DNA of 64,000 nt from Pelomyxa schiedti (lineage: Eukaryota > Protista > Evosea). Below the pieces are notes generated by a model. That model did not search any database. It was not told the DNA's origin and saw nothing but the letters and a program-made list of their open reading frames with translations. The stretch lies in the NCBI GenBank assembly GCA_020536535.1, contig JAHLWZ010000518.1:62001-126000 (forward strand), given 5' to 3'. Made by a program: the position numbers and the translations under genes. Below, piece after piece: positions 1 through 13,300 of the stretch. Every line of letters begins with the position of its first letter. Position 1 is the first letter of the stretch.

Positions 1-3000
1 TTTCAAAATATGAGAATTTTGCTTGGAGTAGAAAAAAAAAAAAAAAGACTGAAGCCATACCGAATCCATCAGTCTTATCATCTGGTATTGTTATATTGCT
101 TAAGTTGATAGGCGTAACACATGAAAATGGCTACCTGAAGTGTTAAGATATCTTGGCGAAGATCATCACCCTCTTTGAAGAGGATATAGATAGTGGGTGC
201 ACCTGGCTCATAGTTTTGGAAGGCAAGCCATAGCGGCAGCTGTATTTAGTCATGGTGACGTAAGGGAAAGTGTGCTCTAAGAGATCACGGAGGTACCTTT
301 TTGGAGTCCATGTACTTACAGTTCTCCAGTATCAGACCGTTCACAGTGAACCTGCGAAATTTAGTGACAAGAAGAGATAAATGTGAACAAGTAAGTACCG
401 GGGATCAATTGGGAGCTGAATGGGACCAGGAAACACAATCCTCGAGAGATTTTGACGTAGCATGCTCAGTCTGTTCTCCTTTGGAGTTACCTTCAGAAGC
501 TTGGCGGTTGTTTCAAGCTCTTTCAGAAGATTGTGCTTTGAAGAAGTTAAAAAAAAAAAACCACGTCTCCAAAAAGCTATTTTAATTGCCTGTTTGACTA
601 TCTCTTCTTTATATGTGCCGGAAGCCCTAATGAAAGCCTCCAGCAGAACTCCGTAGCGCTCGGAGATTGTGTCGATGTGCATTTCAGCCTTGGAGAAATA
701 AGGAAGCATTGGAAAGAAACGAAGTGTACCCGCAGACACCAGTAGAACATGTGACCAATTTTGTTTGTATTAGCAAGCGCACGTTGGAGGAGAAAACGGG
801 CCAAACATGAATCGTGACTTCTCTCGTATTTCAGCACCTTTGGTTTGGGGGGGTGAGAATTTGTGAAGAGAGAGGTGTGTGGTCCAACAAAACCTGTGTC
901 AGTTGAAGCAAAAAATCGGAAACTTCCGCGTCAGTCAGGCCGCTCAAGCAATTAACGGCATACTTTCTGGCGTCCTCATCTGCGAACCGTGCATCCAATA
1001 GCTCAAGTGCATGAGTTGGTTTGAGAAGTGGCCAGGAGAGAAGCAATTTATGGGCTGTTACGACATGGGAAGGGTTGTTCCAGTCCGCACTCCTTAAAAG
1101 TTTTGGCAAAGCTCTTGGCTTGGATTTATGGCTTTCACGAGTTTGCCACAGAAGGGCACGTGCTTCTTTGCTGAGGGATACAAGAGGATCTAGACTACCA
1201 ATAAGAGATAACGCACATTCGTAGTGAACATACCCAAATGAAAAATGTCCTTAAGGAGACGAAGTTGGGAAGGATCAAGAGGTGGACACACATCTGGTGT
1301 TCCTTCAGTATCAGGGAGAGAAAATACTACACGGTTCCTAAACTGTTCAAATTCAACTTCAATAAGAGCCGGGTTTGCGCTAATGGTATTTTCCACACAA
1401 GTTCCTGTCATAAGTTAAGTAGAGCTGAGGCCAATAATCGATCTTTCCTCATACCAATTGGGTTGGGAGCACCTTCCCACATCTTATATCTGTGCCGACC
1501 AGAAATAAGTTCAAGTTTGTGGTTATAAAGCTGGCATCCAAACCATCCAAGTGCCACATCTTTTCTGATTTAGGGTAAGTACTGGGTAGGTGATAGTGGA
1601 AAGTCTCACGAGTCGATTCTTGTGGGGGTTGTTCCCACGGTTTCTTGTGTGGCGAAAACACCAAAACAAATTCTTGCTTCCTACAATTGGAATTAATACA
1701 AAATAACATGAAACTGCAAATCGTGCCACCTTGGGAATGCACTTGATGGAAATAGAAAATGGTGTAAAGAGGCCCCACCCTAAGTAGTGACAGCAAGTAT
1801 CTTGATATGTTACAACAGGAGTAAAAATTTGTTGTGCAATAGGACTGCCACCATGATAGCTGTGGAACAAATAAGTTATATTGTGATTACACTAGGAATA
1901 TACAGTGATGCTGTTGCATATATATTATATACAGAGGGTACTGGGTTTTGTTTTCCCTTGTCGTCGTAGGTAATGGGCCATTTGAGATTAAGAGTTGAAA
2001 GAATCTATTTATTTGGTTATTATTGTGAGAACAAGTGTGTTTTAAGGTAGTGCCTTGGCTTTGAACTTTCGATCAAGTGAAGAGGTCTTTATGGTTGGAC
2101 CCGCATTGACTAACTCTTTTGACACTTCTCTTGCCAATAACTTCACACAAAGTAAGGCAAGTATTCCACTATCCATTGACTTACCTGGTCGATGAGCATA
2201 TTTGCATCAAATTCTTGTGGGGTCGGGGGGGCAGGGACCAGTTTCTCCACAAATGAAAACTCAAGGAATTGCACTTTCTTGGCAACACAACGTCGCACAT
2301 AATCAAACATATTGAAGGTCAACGGCTCTCCATTGTCCCCTCTTGGGATATTAAGTTTTCCGCCTTTCACTCCCTGTACCAGCTTACGTTGTGACAATAT
2401 ACTCATTGAATCCATAAACTTTCAAGACAAAATCATCAATAGTCTTTGTCAGAGTCGTATTGGATTTGATTAACTTGGTGAATACAAGTTTTTGGAGTTC
2501 AATAACAGGGGCATCCGCTGTAGAGAGTGTTACCAATCTGTGTTAAAACCAACTGAATGTACCTTTGAGGGAGAACTTGGATGTCATTCCAGGGATATGC
2601 ACAAGGAAGAATAATGTCATTCTTGGATCAATGAGAGGTGGTTCTGAAAGAATATACACAGATTTTGATTCGAAAGAACGTGTGGTAACGGAAGAAGTTG
2701 ATCTCCCACTTAGTCGTATCCTGGTAGAGACTTTGAGTAATGGCAAAGAAAGGGGAAACAAAACCGGGCAAATTCCCCTCGAATATCATTCACTTCCTCT
2801 TTGAATTTATTTAGTGTGATTTTATAACTGTCTCCAATAAGCTCAAGATTGCTTTCTTTTTTTATTGATTCGGCCATCCGCTCAGCACATTCTGGGGGTG
2901 TTTCACACATATAATTAGGCTCCTGGCACATCTCAAATGTGGGGTTTACCCCAACCCCAAGACACGCTTGATAAAGAGGTAATTCTTTCCTGGTAAAAAT

Positions 3001-4687
3001 TGTCAAATTTGCCTAAGAGATAATGGGTATCTTACATCACATAGGTTTTATAGGATGCTCCCATCCAAAGGTTGATTTCCTTTATTGTTAAACAGTATTT
3101 GCTTGATGGATCGTGCCCACAATCAGCAATTGTAGACTCGATAATTTGTTGGATTGTCCTTTCTATCGGATAAATAAATTCTTTTCTTTCCCCAGAGATA
3201 TTTTTGGAAATAATTTTCACACTCTAAGCACTTAATCAGAAGTGTTTTCCAAGGGACTACATACTGTGTTTGCTTTTTGAGGAGTTTGTTCTGTAGTGGA
3301 GGACTTGAGTGTAAAATCACTTCCACGCAGTACAAGGTCATCATTTTCCTCTGTGACTGTAAAGAAACTAAATTAGGCAATCAAGCAGTCCAGCACTCCA
3401 ACAAGAAAAGAGAATAGTGAAAGAACTACCAGACTTGAGTCGGCAGACACACGGGTTGACTAAGCTGAGCTCAACCAAAGTGAGGTCCAGGGGACAGGTT
3501 AGCCTGGATTCTGTTGTTACAATGTAATCTCTGGGGTCCACATCAAATCTCTTGCATATTTGTGTCCTAAGCTAAAGCAGCTATTAATTCTAAATATAAC
3601 AGGAGTAAAAAAGACTAACCTGGTCCACTGTCATGTCAGGCTCAATCCTGACAACATAGTTGGCTGAGGAAGAAGCTGTATTTCTATCCTCAAAAGTCAC
3701 CCGAGCGGTGCTTGGAGGAGGAAGCAGAGTAGTGGGAGTAGAACCTGCAGAACCAGACATAGAAAGAAGATTGGAGAGACTTTCATCATCCTTTTTTTAA
3801 TTTTTTAGGTTTTCGTTGGGGATTCGGCAAGAAAGTCACCTTTCTAGAGAGTACTAATGACTTTCTTGCAGCTTTCCTGGACGTGTCAATAGTAAGTCTC
3901 TACTTTACATTTGTGCATTATCACCTGTCAGAATCTGCAAGAGATGGAGACGGTGGTCCCATAATGCTTCTTGAGTGTTCTCTTCTCGGGTTAGACTTCA
4001 CACTCTATTACGTGTAATGGAAAGGAAAAGAAAATGAAGGTGGATTACATTGTTATGTGTGGAGTCAGTGAAGGAGGTAGATCGAGAAAGGGGTGGGACC
4101 CCATCAAGACCAAGTGTGCGCATTGCCTTACTGGATGAGGATTTTGTTGCACTAGCTGGCCCACCATCGACATCCTCTTCAATGGTACTGGCAGACTCAT
4201 TTACTTCCCCATCAGGGGGAGGAGGTGGTGGTGGCTGGTCTTCCTCTTCATCAGGAGGTGGAGGTGGGGGTGGGGGAGGGGGTGGTGCTTTGTGTGATTT
4301 GTGTAGCCGAGATACTGTGTGTTGAATAGAAGGATCTAGAGGGCCTTTGTACTGGTCCAGAAATGCAAGTAGAGCCTCTTGTGCCTGGGGAATTTGGTTT
4401 ATGTCAGGATTTTAAGTGGTGACTTCTTATTGTGTTTGTTTGTTTGTTTATAAGCTGGTTTGCGTTATGGCTCACAGTCAACAAATTAGAAAACAAACTT
4501 TTTTTGACTTGGACCTAGCAGCTCGTTCTACTTCCTTTGCAGCAACATACTCGTGGAACAACTCGTTTAATTTATCTTTTTATGGTGTGGGGGAACATTA
4601 AAAACAGCAACGGATTCGTTTGACATGTTAAGGTGTCAAACGCGTCGTTTGGTTTTGTTTGCAGGGAATTGATGCCTCACCAGCCAT
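1..4687 (-). CDS. Class I-type phosphatidylinositol 3-kinase catalytic subunit, multi-exon; 3' end lies beyond the window start
   Basis: Spliced translation gives a Pro-rich N-terminus, ubiquitin-like modules, RBD motif DDFVLKVYGFNEY, C2 (ASLYHGG), helical domain (LPKLLRSADW...ALELLDARFAD, LLQLTQVLKYE) and kinase N-lobe (MDSKKLPLWL, FKEGDDLRQDILTLQ). Start ATG GCT G|gt at 4687 is inferred. Confidence 0.93.
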
Positions 4688-4787
4688 CGCTTTTCTTTTA
4701 AACAGAAAACCAAACAAACGCGAAAAAAACTAACGAAACCAACATCAGCCGTAGATCTATAAATAAATAACGCGTTCTCTTCTAGGG

Positions 4788-6393
4788 ATGTCAACAAGTG
4801 CCGCCAAGTCAACAGCCACAAAGGAGGAAGACGAAGATGGGGTGCTGACCGTGCTGTTTATCGCGTCGCAGACTTCACGAAACTGGTTCAAGTTACTGTC
4901 GGGCATTCGGCTAGTCAACAGATCCACGGGCAAGCACTTTAAGATTATGGTGGACCAATGTGACTGGCCTGAGCTGGACTTATAGTTGAGAGTCTTGTGT
5001 TTGGAGGCCATTCGTTTTTCTTACCATTTTGAAGTGCGTATTGTGACACGAAACTGGTTGCAACTTTGAATGAACAACATGATCCTATCCCCGGCACAAA
5101 CCAGGCCAACAGGCGCACAATTAGGCCTGACCTTGTCTGCGTTCGGTGAGCATTTTTTTGTTTCTGTTCTGCCACATCAACATTCAACTTTAGTGCCACC
5201 GTTCACTCCATTTGCTCTCGTGACTATAGAAACTCCCTTTATGCTTTGCAGTTCTGTAATGTCCCCTGTGTAAATAATTTTCAATGTCTCTACGCCGAAT
5301 TGCAGAGGCCGATTATGTACGGAGCACTACTTGAAATCAGAAAACGTCTTGGGGAGAAGTTGTTTCCCCTCATCCAACAGTATTACTACCCCACTTACAA
5401 GACCTGGGGAATAACGCCATCATATCCTCTTGTTATTAAAGTTGCACATCCACATGCAGGTGTGCTTCCCGAAAAAAACTTTTCCCTGAAATTTTTAGGT
5501 TATGGTAAAATGAGAGTTGAGAATTCCCAGGATTTCATGGACTTGGGGGGAATTGTGGCAATAAGAAATGTATCACAAGGGTGTACTTCAAATTGACTTA
5601 GATCCAAAACAGGATTACTGTACTGCTGAACCCCTCATCGATGGGGCTTATGATTTGAGGATTCAGAAAATTGGTAACTGTTATCGAGCTTACAAACGAA
5701 CATCTGTTTGCTGGAAGGGGAACCAAGGAGCCGCAGAGTTGGATCAAATTCCTATGACAGGTAGTTCCGAAAGTTTGTATTTTCTACATTTTGTGGTACT
5801 ATTTGCATCCCATCAGATCGATATAAACTTTGGTGTGATGAGGCAAGCAAGCTGTTTGGAGGAATGGACATTCTTGCTGTTGATGCCATTGTTGATAAGT
5901 CCGGGAAGGAATACATCTTGGAAGTAAATGGGTCTGAGATCGGGCTTGGACCAGAGTTTAGTGAGGACGATGAAATTGCAATCAGAGATGTTATTCTCAA
6001 AAAACTTGAGTAGCTCTTGAACACTCCTCCGCATTTCACTCACGTATTTCCAGGGAGGTTTATGGAGTGGTTTCGGATGTTGTTCCGAGCGTACTTGGAT
6101 CCACAGTAACTACAACCACAGCTACCGCTCCCACCCCCGCAATCCCGGCTGACAGCAGTGCTGAACTTGAACTAATAGAAGTTCGGAACCGAAACCTGGC
6201 GCTGCAGCAGCAAGTCACCAATCTACAAAAAACAGTTGAGACACTGAAGAGACAAGCTACATCACACGTATCAAGGTCCCCCACATGGAGCACCATCTCC
6301 TCAGTGTGCCGATGTTGTTCCATGGCAGCCGTTGGCCTCTTCATCGGTATTGTACTGATACTTGTTTTGAACCCAGATATCCGATTTCATTAA
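4788..6393 (+). CDS. Synapsin-like ATP-grasp protein with C-terminal coiled coil and predicted tail anchor
   Basis: Spliced motifs IRPDLVCVR, FPLIQQYYYP, YPLVIKVAHPHAGYGKMRV, YDLRIQKIG, WKGNQG, FGGMDILAVDAI and YILEVNG match the synapsin C domain. Intron 6010-6053 joins the 6067-6393 ORF in frame. Confidence 0.85.
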
Positions 6394-6463
6394 AGAATCC
6401 TCGTAAAACCTTATTTTACATGGAAGAAGGACTACAACAAGGAAAATAAGTTTTTCTTTCATT

Positions 6464-9400
6464 TTAGGCGTCACCTTCAAATTCTATTGGGGGCATAGTG
6501 GTCATAATTGCCTTCTTGTACTCGGCGAAGTCTCCGTCGAATCGTTCTATGATGCCACCAGGCCTGAGCATCCATATTTCATCACAGGCGGCCTCAATGA
6601 GACGCTGGTGATGTGTTATCAGAACAACACCGCCGCGGAATTCACGGGTAGCTTGAACTGTACAGTGGTTAATCAGTTGGTTTGGTTTGTATGGTGTTGT
6701 GTCGTTTGTTGTAGGAGTTGGAGGCATACTCAAGACTTCAATTGTGTCCATGTCAAGATGATTTGTGGGCTCGTCAAGGAGTATGATGTGTGGGTGAGAC
6801 CAACTGAGTTCGGCAAATACAAGCCTGCTTTTTTGTCCTCCACTGAGGGATGCAATCGACTGTAACGCTGTGGAACCTTTCAAGCCAAATTTGCCCAAAA
6901 ATTGTCGTATGTCTTGAACTTGGGCAGTGGGGAACTTGGAACGAATGTACTCAACAGGGTTCATTTCCATATTAAGCTGTTAATAAGATTTTAGATTTAA
7001 AAGCCAAAAAAAGAGCCGCTTACCTGGTCAACGTGGTGCTGATGGAACCGCGCAAGTGAAAGACCATGATATCGTGTAACCTGCCCAGAGGTTTCAACGA
7101 GATCTCCACACATCAACCTGAATATTGTGGATGAGAGAGTCTATACTGGTGCTGAGCTAGCTCACTTCATTAAAGTACTCTTCCCAACACCGTTTGGACC
7201 AACAAGACCAATTCTTGAATTTAGGTATATGCCAAATTCCAAGTTTCTGAACAGCAAATTGTCTGGTTCGTAGCCGAAGGATACATCCTGAAATTGCAAC
7301 AAACACACATCACCCAGTACTCCTGGATCAGGGAACTCGATTGTGGGAGGGAGTTCCTCTCGGTCTTCCTCCACTGTGTTGTGGTCAGTTTCACTTGGAA
7401 CAGTACGGACACTCTAGACCTGCAGCTACTTTAGCGGCTTTCTTCAATCTGTCTTTGGCTTGCTCTCTGTTTCTACCAGCAAGGTCCGTCAACTTCTTCT
7501 TTGCTTTCTTTGCCCTAAGAACGTTAGTAGAGTTGGTTGAGTTAGAGTTAGTTACTTGTCTGCCTCCTTAGCTGCGTGTACTTTGTTTTGTCTTCGGGCT
7601 TTAACAAAGCTATCATAATCACCTTGGGAATACAGTAAGAGGCAAGGAGCCTTTAATAGGATTCAACCTTTAAACTGAGTGAGAGTCTGCATGTGCAAAT
7701 GTACGATATTGTCGCAAGTCGAATTCAAAAATGAGGCATCATGTGAAACTAGCAAAAGTGTATTTCTCCACATTGACAGATATGCTTCTAGCCAAATTAC
7801 AGCTTGCAAATCAAGGTGGTTTGTGGGCTCATCAAGAATTAACAAATCGGGTTGCATGAAGAGTGCTTGGGCTAAACTAATACGCATACGCCAACCACCA
7901 CTGTACTCCCGTGTTCGCTTTGTGCGCATTTCTTCATCTTCGAAACCCAGACCAGCCAAGATTGTAGCAGCCCTACATGAGATTAATCACCGCATAGGAG
8001 CACTGGAATACCTTGGTTCAGCTTTGTGGGCATCAATTTCCCTAAGTCTACTGTATATATCAGGCAATCCATAGCCTAATTCATCTTCATCATTCTCACT
8101 GGCTGTATCATCACTGACGGCGCTCTTAAAAGGAACAACGGGAGGGGCGGCAATTGCAGTAGGTTTGGCTGCAGTAGTTGAAGCTGTAGTGTTTACGACA
8201 GACACAGCGGCAGTAGCAGGCGCGGCGGCAGAAGCTGACGTAGACGAGGTAGCTGCAGAAGCGGATGTGGAAGGAGTAGAAACAGATGCAGACTTGGAAG
8301 GTGCGGTAGTGCCTGGCTTCTTTCCAGTTGTGGGCACAGGCTTTGCTGGAGGAGGTTCTTCCTCATCAGAGTCATCACGGCCTCTACGTCCTCCTCTTTT
8401 GCCACCTTTTCCACCTCTCTTGGCAGGAACAGGAACAGGTTTTTTTGCGGGGGTATCCTCTGGTTCGCTATCATCACCACGACCTCGTCTGCGCTTCCCG
8501 CCTTTGGCAGCGCCACCCCTACCTTTCTTTGCTGGGAGGTCATCTTCATCATCCTCAACTCCCTTTCTCCTTCCTTTCCCACCTTTTTTCTTGGGAGCAC
8601 TATCACTCTCCTCCTGGATTTCGTCATCAGATGAGACTTTCCCTTTTTTCCCTTTTTTTGGGGCTTTATCTTCATCGTCTCTTGCGTGCTCTTCTGCCTC
8701 AAGTTCAGCCAATTGTCTCTCTATCTCTTCTAGTTCCTCATCTGCCTCTTCTTTGGCTCTCATAGCCTTGGCCTTGGCAATCTCGGCCTTCTTTGCTGCC
8801 TCAGTATTTTTTTGTTCAGCTGCAGCTGCAGCCTCAGATTTTCGTCGTGCTTCTTCCTCCTCGGCTGCTTTTTTCCTGGCTTCTTCTTCTTCAGCTTTTC
8901 TTTTTGCAAGTTCCGCCTCACGGCGAACTTTTCTGTCTGCTCTACGCTTTGCCCTTTGCTCCTGAACGATTGCATCAGCTTTTTCCTTTTCTTCTAGTCT
9001 GTTAGCCTCCGTCATCAACCAGTCTCGCTCTATGTCAGCAGAGAGTACAGTCTCTAAAGGTGTTCTGTCATCACCTTCCACTTCCTGTTGTACATGCAAA
9101 ATTCGGATATTGGCTGGGATCTTTCCAAAGGATGTGCCTGAATCACGCTCAGAGATACAACGGAGTAGAACAGTCTTGCCAAGACCGTTGCGACCAACAA
9201 GACCTTTAGACCCAAGTAAGTACAAAAGGAGAATTGCACCAAACAACCGTAAGCACGCCCATGTGCAAGCTTAAGAGAACAGTTTCTGATTAACTCCTTA
9301 CCAGGAACAGTCACAGTGATGTCATCTATCTAGTAGAAAGAAAAAGTCTCACTAAAGGGTGAAGTGGAAGCCAGATAATACCACAATGTCTTTCTGATTG

Positions 9401-10095
9401 TCTCGACCTCGGTTCCCGGAATGCCCTTTGAGATGAACATACTCAGGAACACGGGAGGAGACAGCTTTGTAAAGGTGTCAGACACTCGACAATGAAAAAG
9501 ACAAATACCGGAAGTTGAGCCTACACTCGTAATTGTGCTAGAAGCAGTGTGCATCGTCAGACGTGCACGACCAGATGTAACTTCAGGCTCTGCCTTCTCC
9601 TTCCCTTTACCAGAGTCTGATCCAGACCCACCATTCTCCTCAGCATCACTGCCTTTTTCCGACCCAGAATCGCTATCTTCTTCCTCACTGGGACTAGAAC
9701 TGATCACTTCATCCTCATCCGATTCCTCACGATTTCTCCTCTTTGGTGGTGCACGGCCCTTCTTGGGAGCAACTGCAGGAGGTGCACCCTTTCTGGGAGC
9801 ACTTTTTGTAGCTGCAGCACTCGCAGCAGTAGTTGCTGTTGCGGATTTTCTCCCAGTAGAAGAAGACGGTGTTGGAGCGGCTGGTTCTGCTCGCCCTGTT
9901 CGTTTTCTTTCGGCTCCCTTGTCGGTTGCAGCGGGAGTGGCCTGAATGATAGTTGTCGTGTTAGGTACAAAACAGAAATGAAGTTCGTAGCAAGTTGTTG
10001 TGTCTAACCTTCCCTTTGTCAGCAGTTTTATCCCCTTTCTGCGTAACAACGCGTCAAATTACTAATGCGGGATCTTGGAGACGTACCTTCGGCAT
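6464..10095 (-). CDS. ABCF-family (non-transporter) twin ABC ATPase
   Basis: Two ABC cassettes ([28 protein letters not shown]; [26 protein letters not shown]) and no TM segments. Start MPK at 10095 via two short exons. Confidence 0.93.
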
Positions 10096-10389
10096 TGCAA
10101 GATCTCACGTACGGTGCCTCGCTTACCCTTCACACACGAGCTTTGATTGCGATGAATAAAAGGAAAAAGGAAAAGCACAAGACGAGAAGTGATTGCAGTT
10201 GCACAAGCCGGATATTGGTTTCTCAGACACTATCCCAGATCGAAACATTATGACTTCGGACCAGAACTCTTTCGACAACGTCCACTGGACATTGAGAGAA
10301 CTCGGTGGCAGGCAAATGATGCCAAAAGATGACAGGAGTGATGAGTAGATACGTATTTGCAGAAAAGCAAAATAAAAAAACAAATAACA
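10096..10389. promoter_or_regulatory. Short divergent promoter region shared by ABCF and RAD50
   Basis: Head-to-head start codons at 10095(-) and 10390(+) with about 294 nt between them. Confidence 0.5.
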
Positions 10390-13300
10390 ATGACTACCGT
10401 GAGGAAGCTGCTAATACAAGGGTGGGGAAGATCTGGGGGTTGTTGTGTTGTTTGCTTACGACAGTCATATAAAGGATAAGGAGTTTTTCGCCCAATGTGT
10501 ACTCAACGATTACGTTCAGCAAACCTCTTACCCTGATTGTGGGTGAGAATGGCGCGGGGAAGACAGTGAGTACTTGTAAATTGGAGATTATGTGATTGTC
10601 GACATGTCTGTGCACAACCTCATGTATGGTGCAGACCGTGATTGAGTGCTTGAAATACGCTTGCACTGGGGAATTTCCACCAAATGCAAAAAGTGGACAA
10701 GCATTTGTGCATGACACTCGCGTGGCTGACTTACGTGAAGTCAAGGCTCAGATAAGACTCAAGTGCAACACTTACTCTTACTGGCGTTTGTAACTTGCTT
10801 GTAGCTTCATCAGAAACAATAAACCTGTCACCGTGGTGCGGAATTTGCAGCTTACCCAAAAAGCTGTTACACAACAATTTAAAACTCTTGAGTCCTCACT
10901 GCAGATGTATAACAGTGCTGGAGAGGTAAACTCGTTATTGTAAAAGCAGGCTTGAAGTTACCATCATACATTTTAGTTGGTTGCTGAGAGTCTTAAATGT
11001 GCCAGTTTAGACCGAGCTGTTCCGATGTTAATGGGTGTTAGTAAGCCCATCCTTGACAACGTTGTAGGCATTCCCCGTCTTTTTTATTTGGTGCCTTTAA
11101 CAACACTCTGATAGATTTTCTGTCACCAGGTTCACATCTGTGACGTTTGTATTGGCCTCATATATCTTGTTAGGAGGACTCCCACTGGCCATTTGAAAGC
11201 TCATCCAGGAAACTCAAAGAAAAATTTGATGCCATTTTTTCTGCCACAAGGTTCTTTATTAGAGACTCCTTACACCTTCCCATATTTTCGTAAGATACAA
11301 CAAAGCTCTGCAAGAAATTAAAGATTTACGAAAGAAGCAAATGGATATTGTAAAAGAGTCTCGATTGAAACTGGAAACACTGGGACTTTCCAGAGAGAAT
11401 GCCTTAAAAGTAATTCGAGAGTAACTTCTCCTCTAATCTCCCAAGTTGAGAAGTCAGCAAGAAGACTGCAACAGGCAAATTATCTCTTGTACAGAGCAAG
11501 CCAAAGCTATCAATGAGGAACGCGCACAAATGACTTCCCAGCTCAACCATCTCAAGGGTGAGAGGTCTGTATGACATGAAGTCTTCCTGGACTAACAGAT
11601 CAACTAGGCAAGCTTATTGTGAAACAACTCAGGCCTTATCCAACCTTAAGGTAGACTGTCCTCCACTAACATCACTAATTCTCTACGACAGATGAAACGA
11701 ACTGAACTTCTGAAAACTCAAACTCTTACTCTTCAAGATATTTCAGAAGAGCTGACCTGTACACTACATCACTATGGTGTTTGCAGCTAAAATTTTTTAG
11801 GTAGTGATAGCGAGTTGAATGCTATGCAAACCAAATTTGAGAGAGAATCAAGTGCGACAAACAACAGTCTTCATCAACTGAAGCAAAGGAAGTCTGATTT
11901 AGAAGTGGCTCGAAACAAAATCAACCAGCAACAACAAAAAATCAATACAGAGAGAGGCCGCTTGCAAGCTACAAATGAAGTATTCACAAAGAACCAATTA
12001 CAAAATAAAACTAACGAAGCTTTCTAGCATCTCAAAGCAGTTCGAAAGGAGCGTGACGTCATTCTTCTCCAGTTCCTTAAAAAATACCAGGTTCCTTTCT
12101 TTCCTTTGTCTTTGCTCGATGCTGAGCCGAGGCTAGCTAGAAACTAAGGAGGTCGGCCCTGATTTTTTAGATCAGCAAGCGACTCAATACATTGAATTAT
12201 GTTCCTCCAAATTCAAGATTCTTCTTTCCAAGCTTGAAGAAATGAGGGTGCGTTTCCAAATGAAGAAATTTTCCGTAATTGCTAATTTTAGTTTCAGGTG
12301 CATAACGCCACTAAACGCAGTGAAATGGACAACAAAATTGTACTTCTCAAGCAACAATGTGCCCGACAACAAGAATGTATGGCACAGAACACGAAATCCA
12401 TCAAAGAAAAGCAGTCCAAGCAGAAACAAATCGAGAGTGAAGTAAAGCAGTTAACCGCCCAGATGACAAAATTTAAGCAACTTGAAGTATGTTATTCTCA
12501 AGTCACCTCCACCTCATGAGCTAACCAAAAAAAGATGGAAATTGAAGAGAAGGTTAATCCCTCATTTCGTTCCCATAAATCAATCTAACACAGGAAAATC
12601 GGAAACACATCCTAAAATCTGCCTTTGATCCTCGCAAAATTGAATCAGAGATTGCTTCACTCCGTGATCAGAAGGCAGAAATTGATCGAGAGCAGGTGGC
12701 AAAGGATAAGTTGTCCTGAATGATAATCAAATTTAGGCTTCACTCAGTGAAGCTATGAAAGTACTGAATATGCAAGGAGCCTTGCGTGCACGCATTAATG
12801 TGAAGAGAAACGACAAGCAAACCAAGCAAGACACATTCCAGCGAAAGTAAGGCACATTGTGCAAACAATTACTGAGACAAATTTTTAGATTATTAGCCAG
12901 TGAAGAAAAATTGAAGAATTTACTTCAAGTACGCATTCTGCCATCACCTGAAGTTATTCTTCAAAAGATCACTGAGCTCAAAGAGTCGGTTAAACTTGAA
13001 CACCCTCCTGAGTTACTTACATCTGAATAAGGTTACAAGAAAAGAAAACTGTGGCACTTAGATCAAAGCTCGAAGAGAAAAGAACCCAGGTGGCAACTTT
13101 GCAAGGAAACAGCTCATCAACAAGAACCACTTTACTTAAGTTAGAAAAGCAGCTTGAAGGAAATTACTCCAAAACATTCTAAACCATACCAACTACACCA
13201 CAGACCTAAAACCGGCATGTAAATTTGGGGAAGACTTACCTGCTTTAATAATTGCTGCTGAACAAACTACGGCGAAGTTGAATAAGTATTCCCCCCCCTC

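Noticed and set aside
3013-3060. A further GC-AG intron in PI3K
   Set aside because: A 28-nt GT-AG alternative gives the same frame; this cannot be decided from sequence alone.
4387-4498. Apparent in-frame TAA near the PI3K N-terminus suggesting a non-AG acceptor
   Set aside because: A single canonical GT-AG intron of about 112 nt joins KSKK to AQEALL.
8165-8965. 266-aa plus-strand ORF (and 9535-9945)
   Set aside because: Antisense shadow of the low-complexity ABCF exons.
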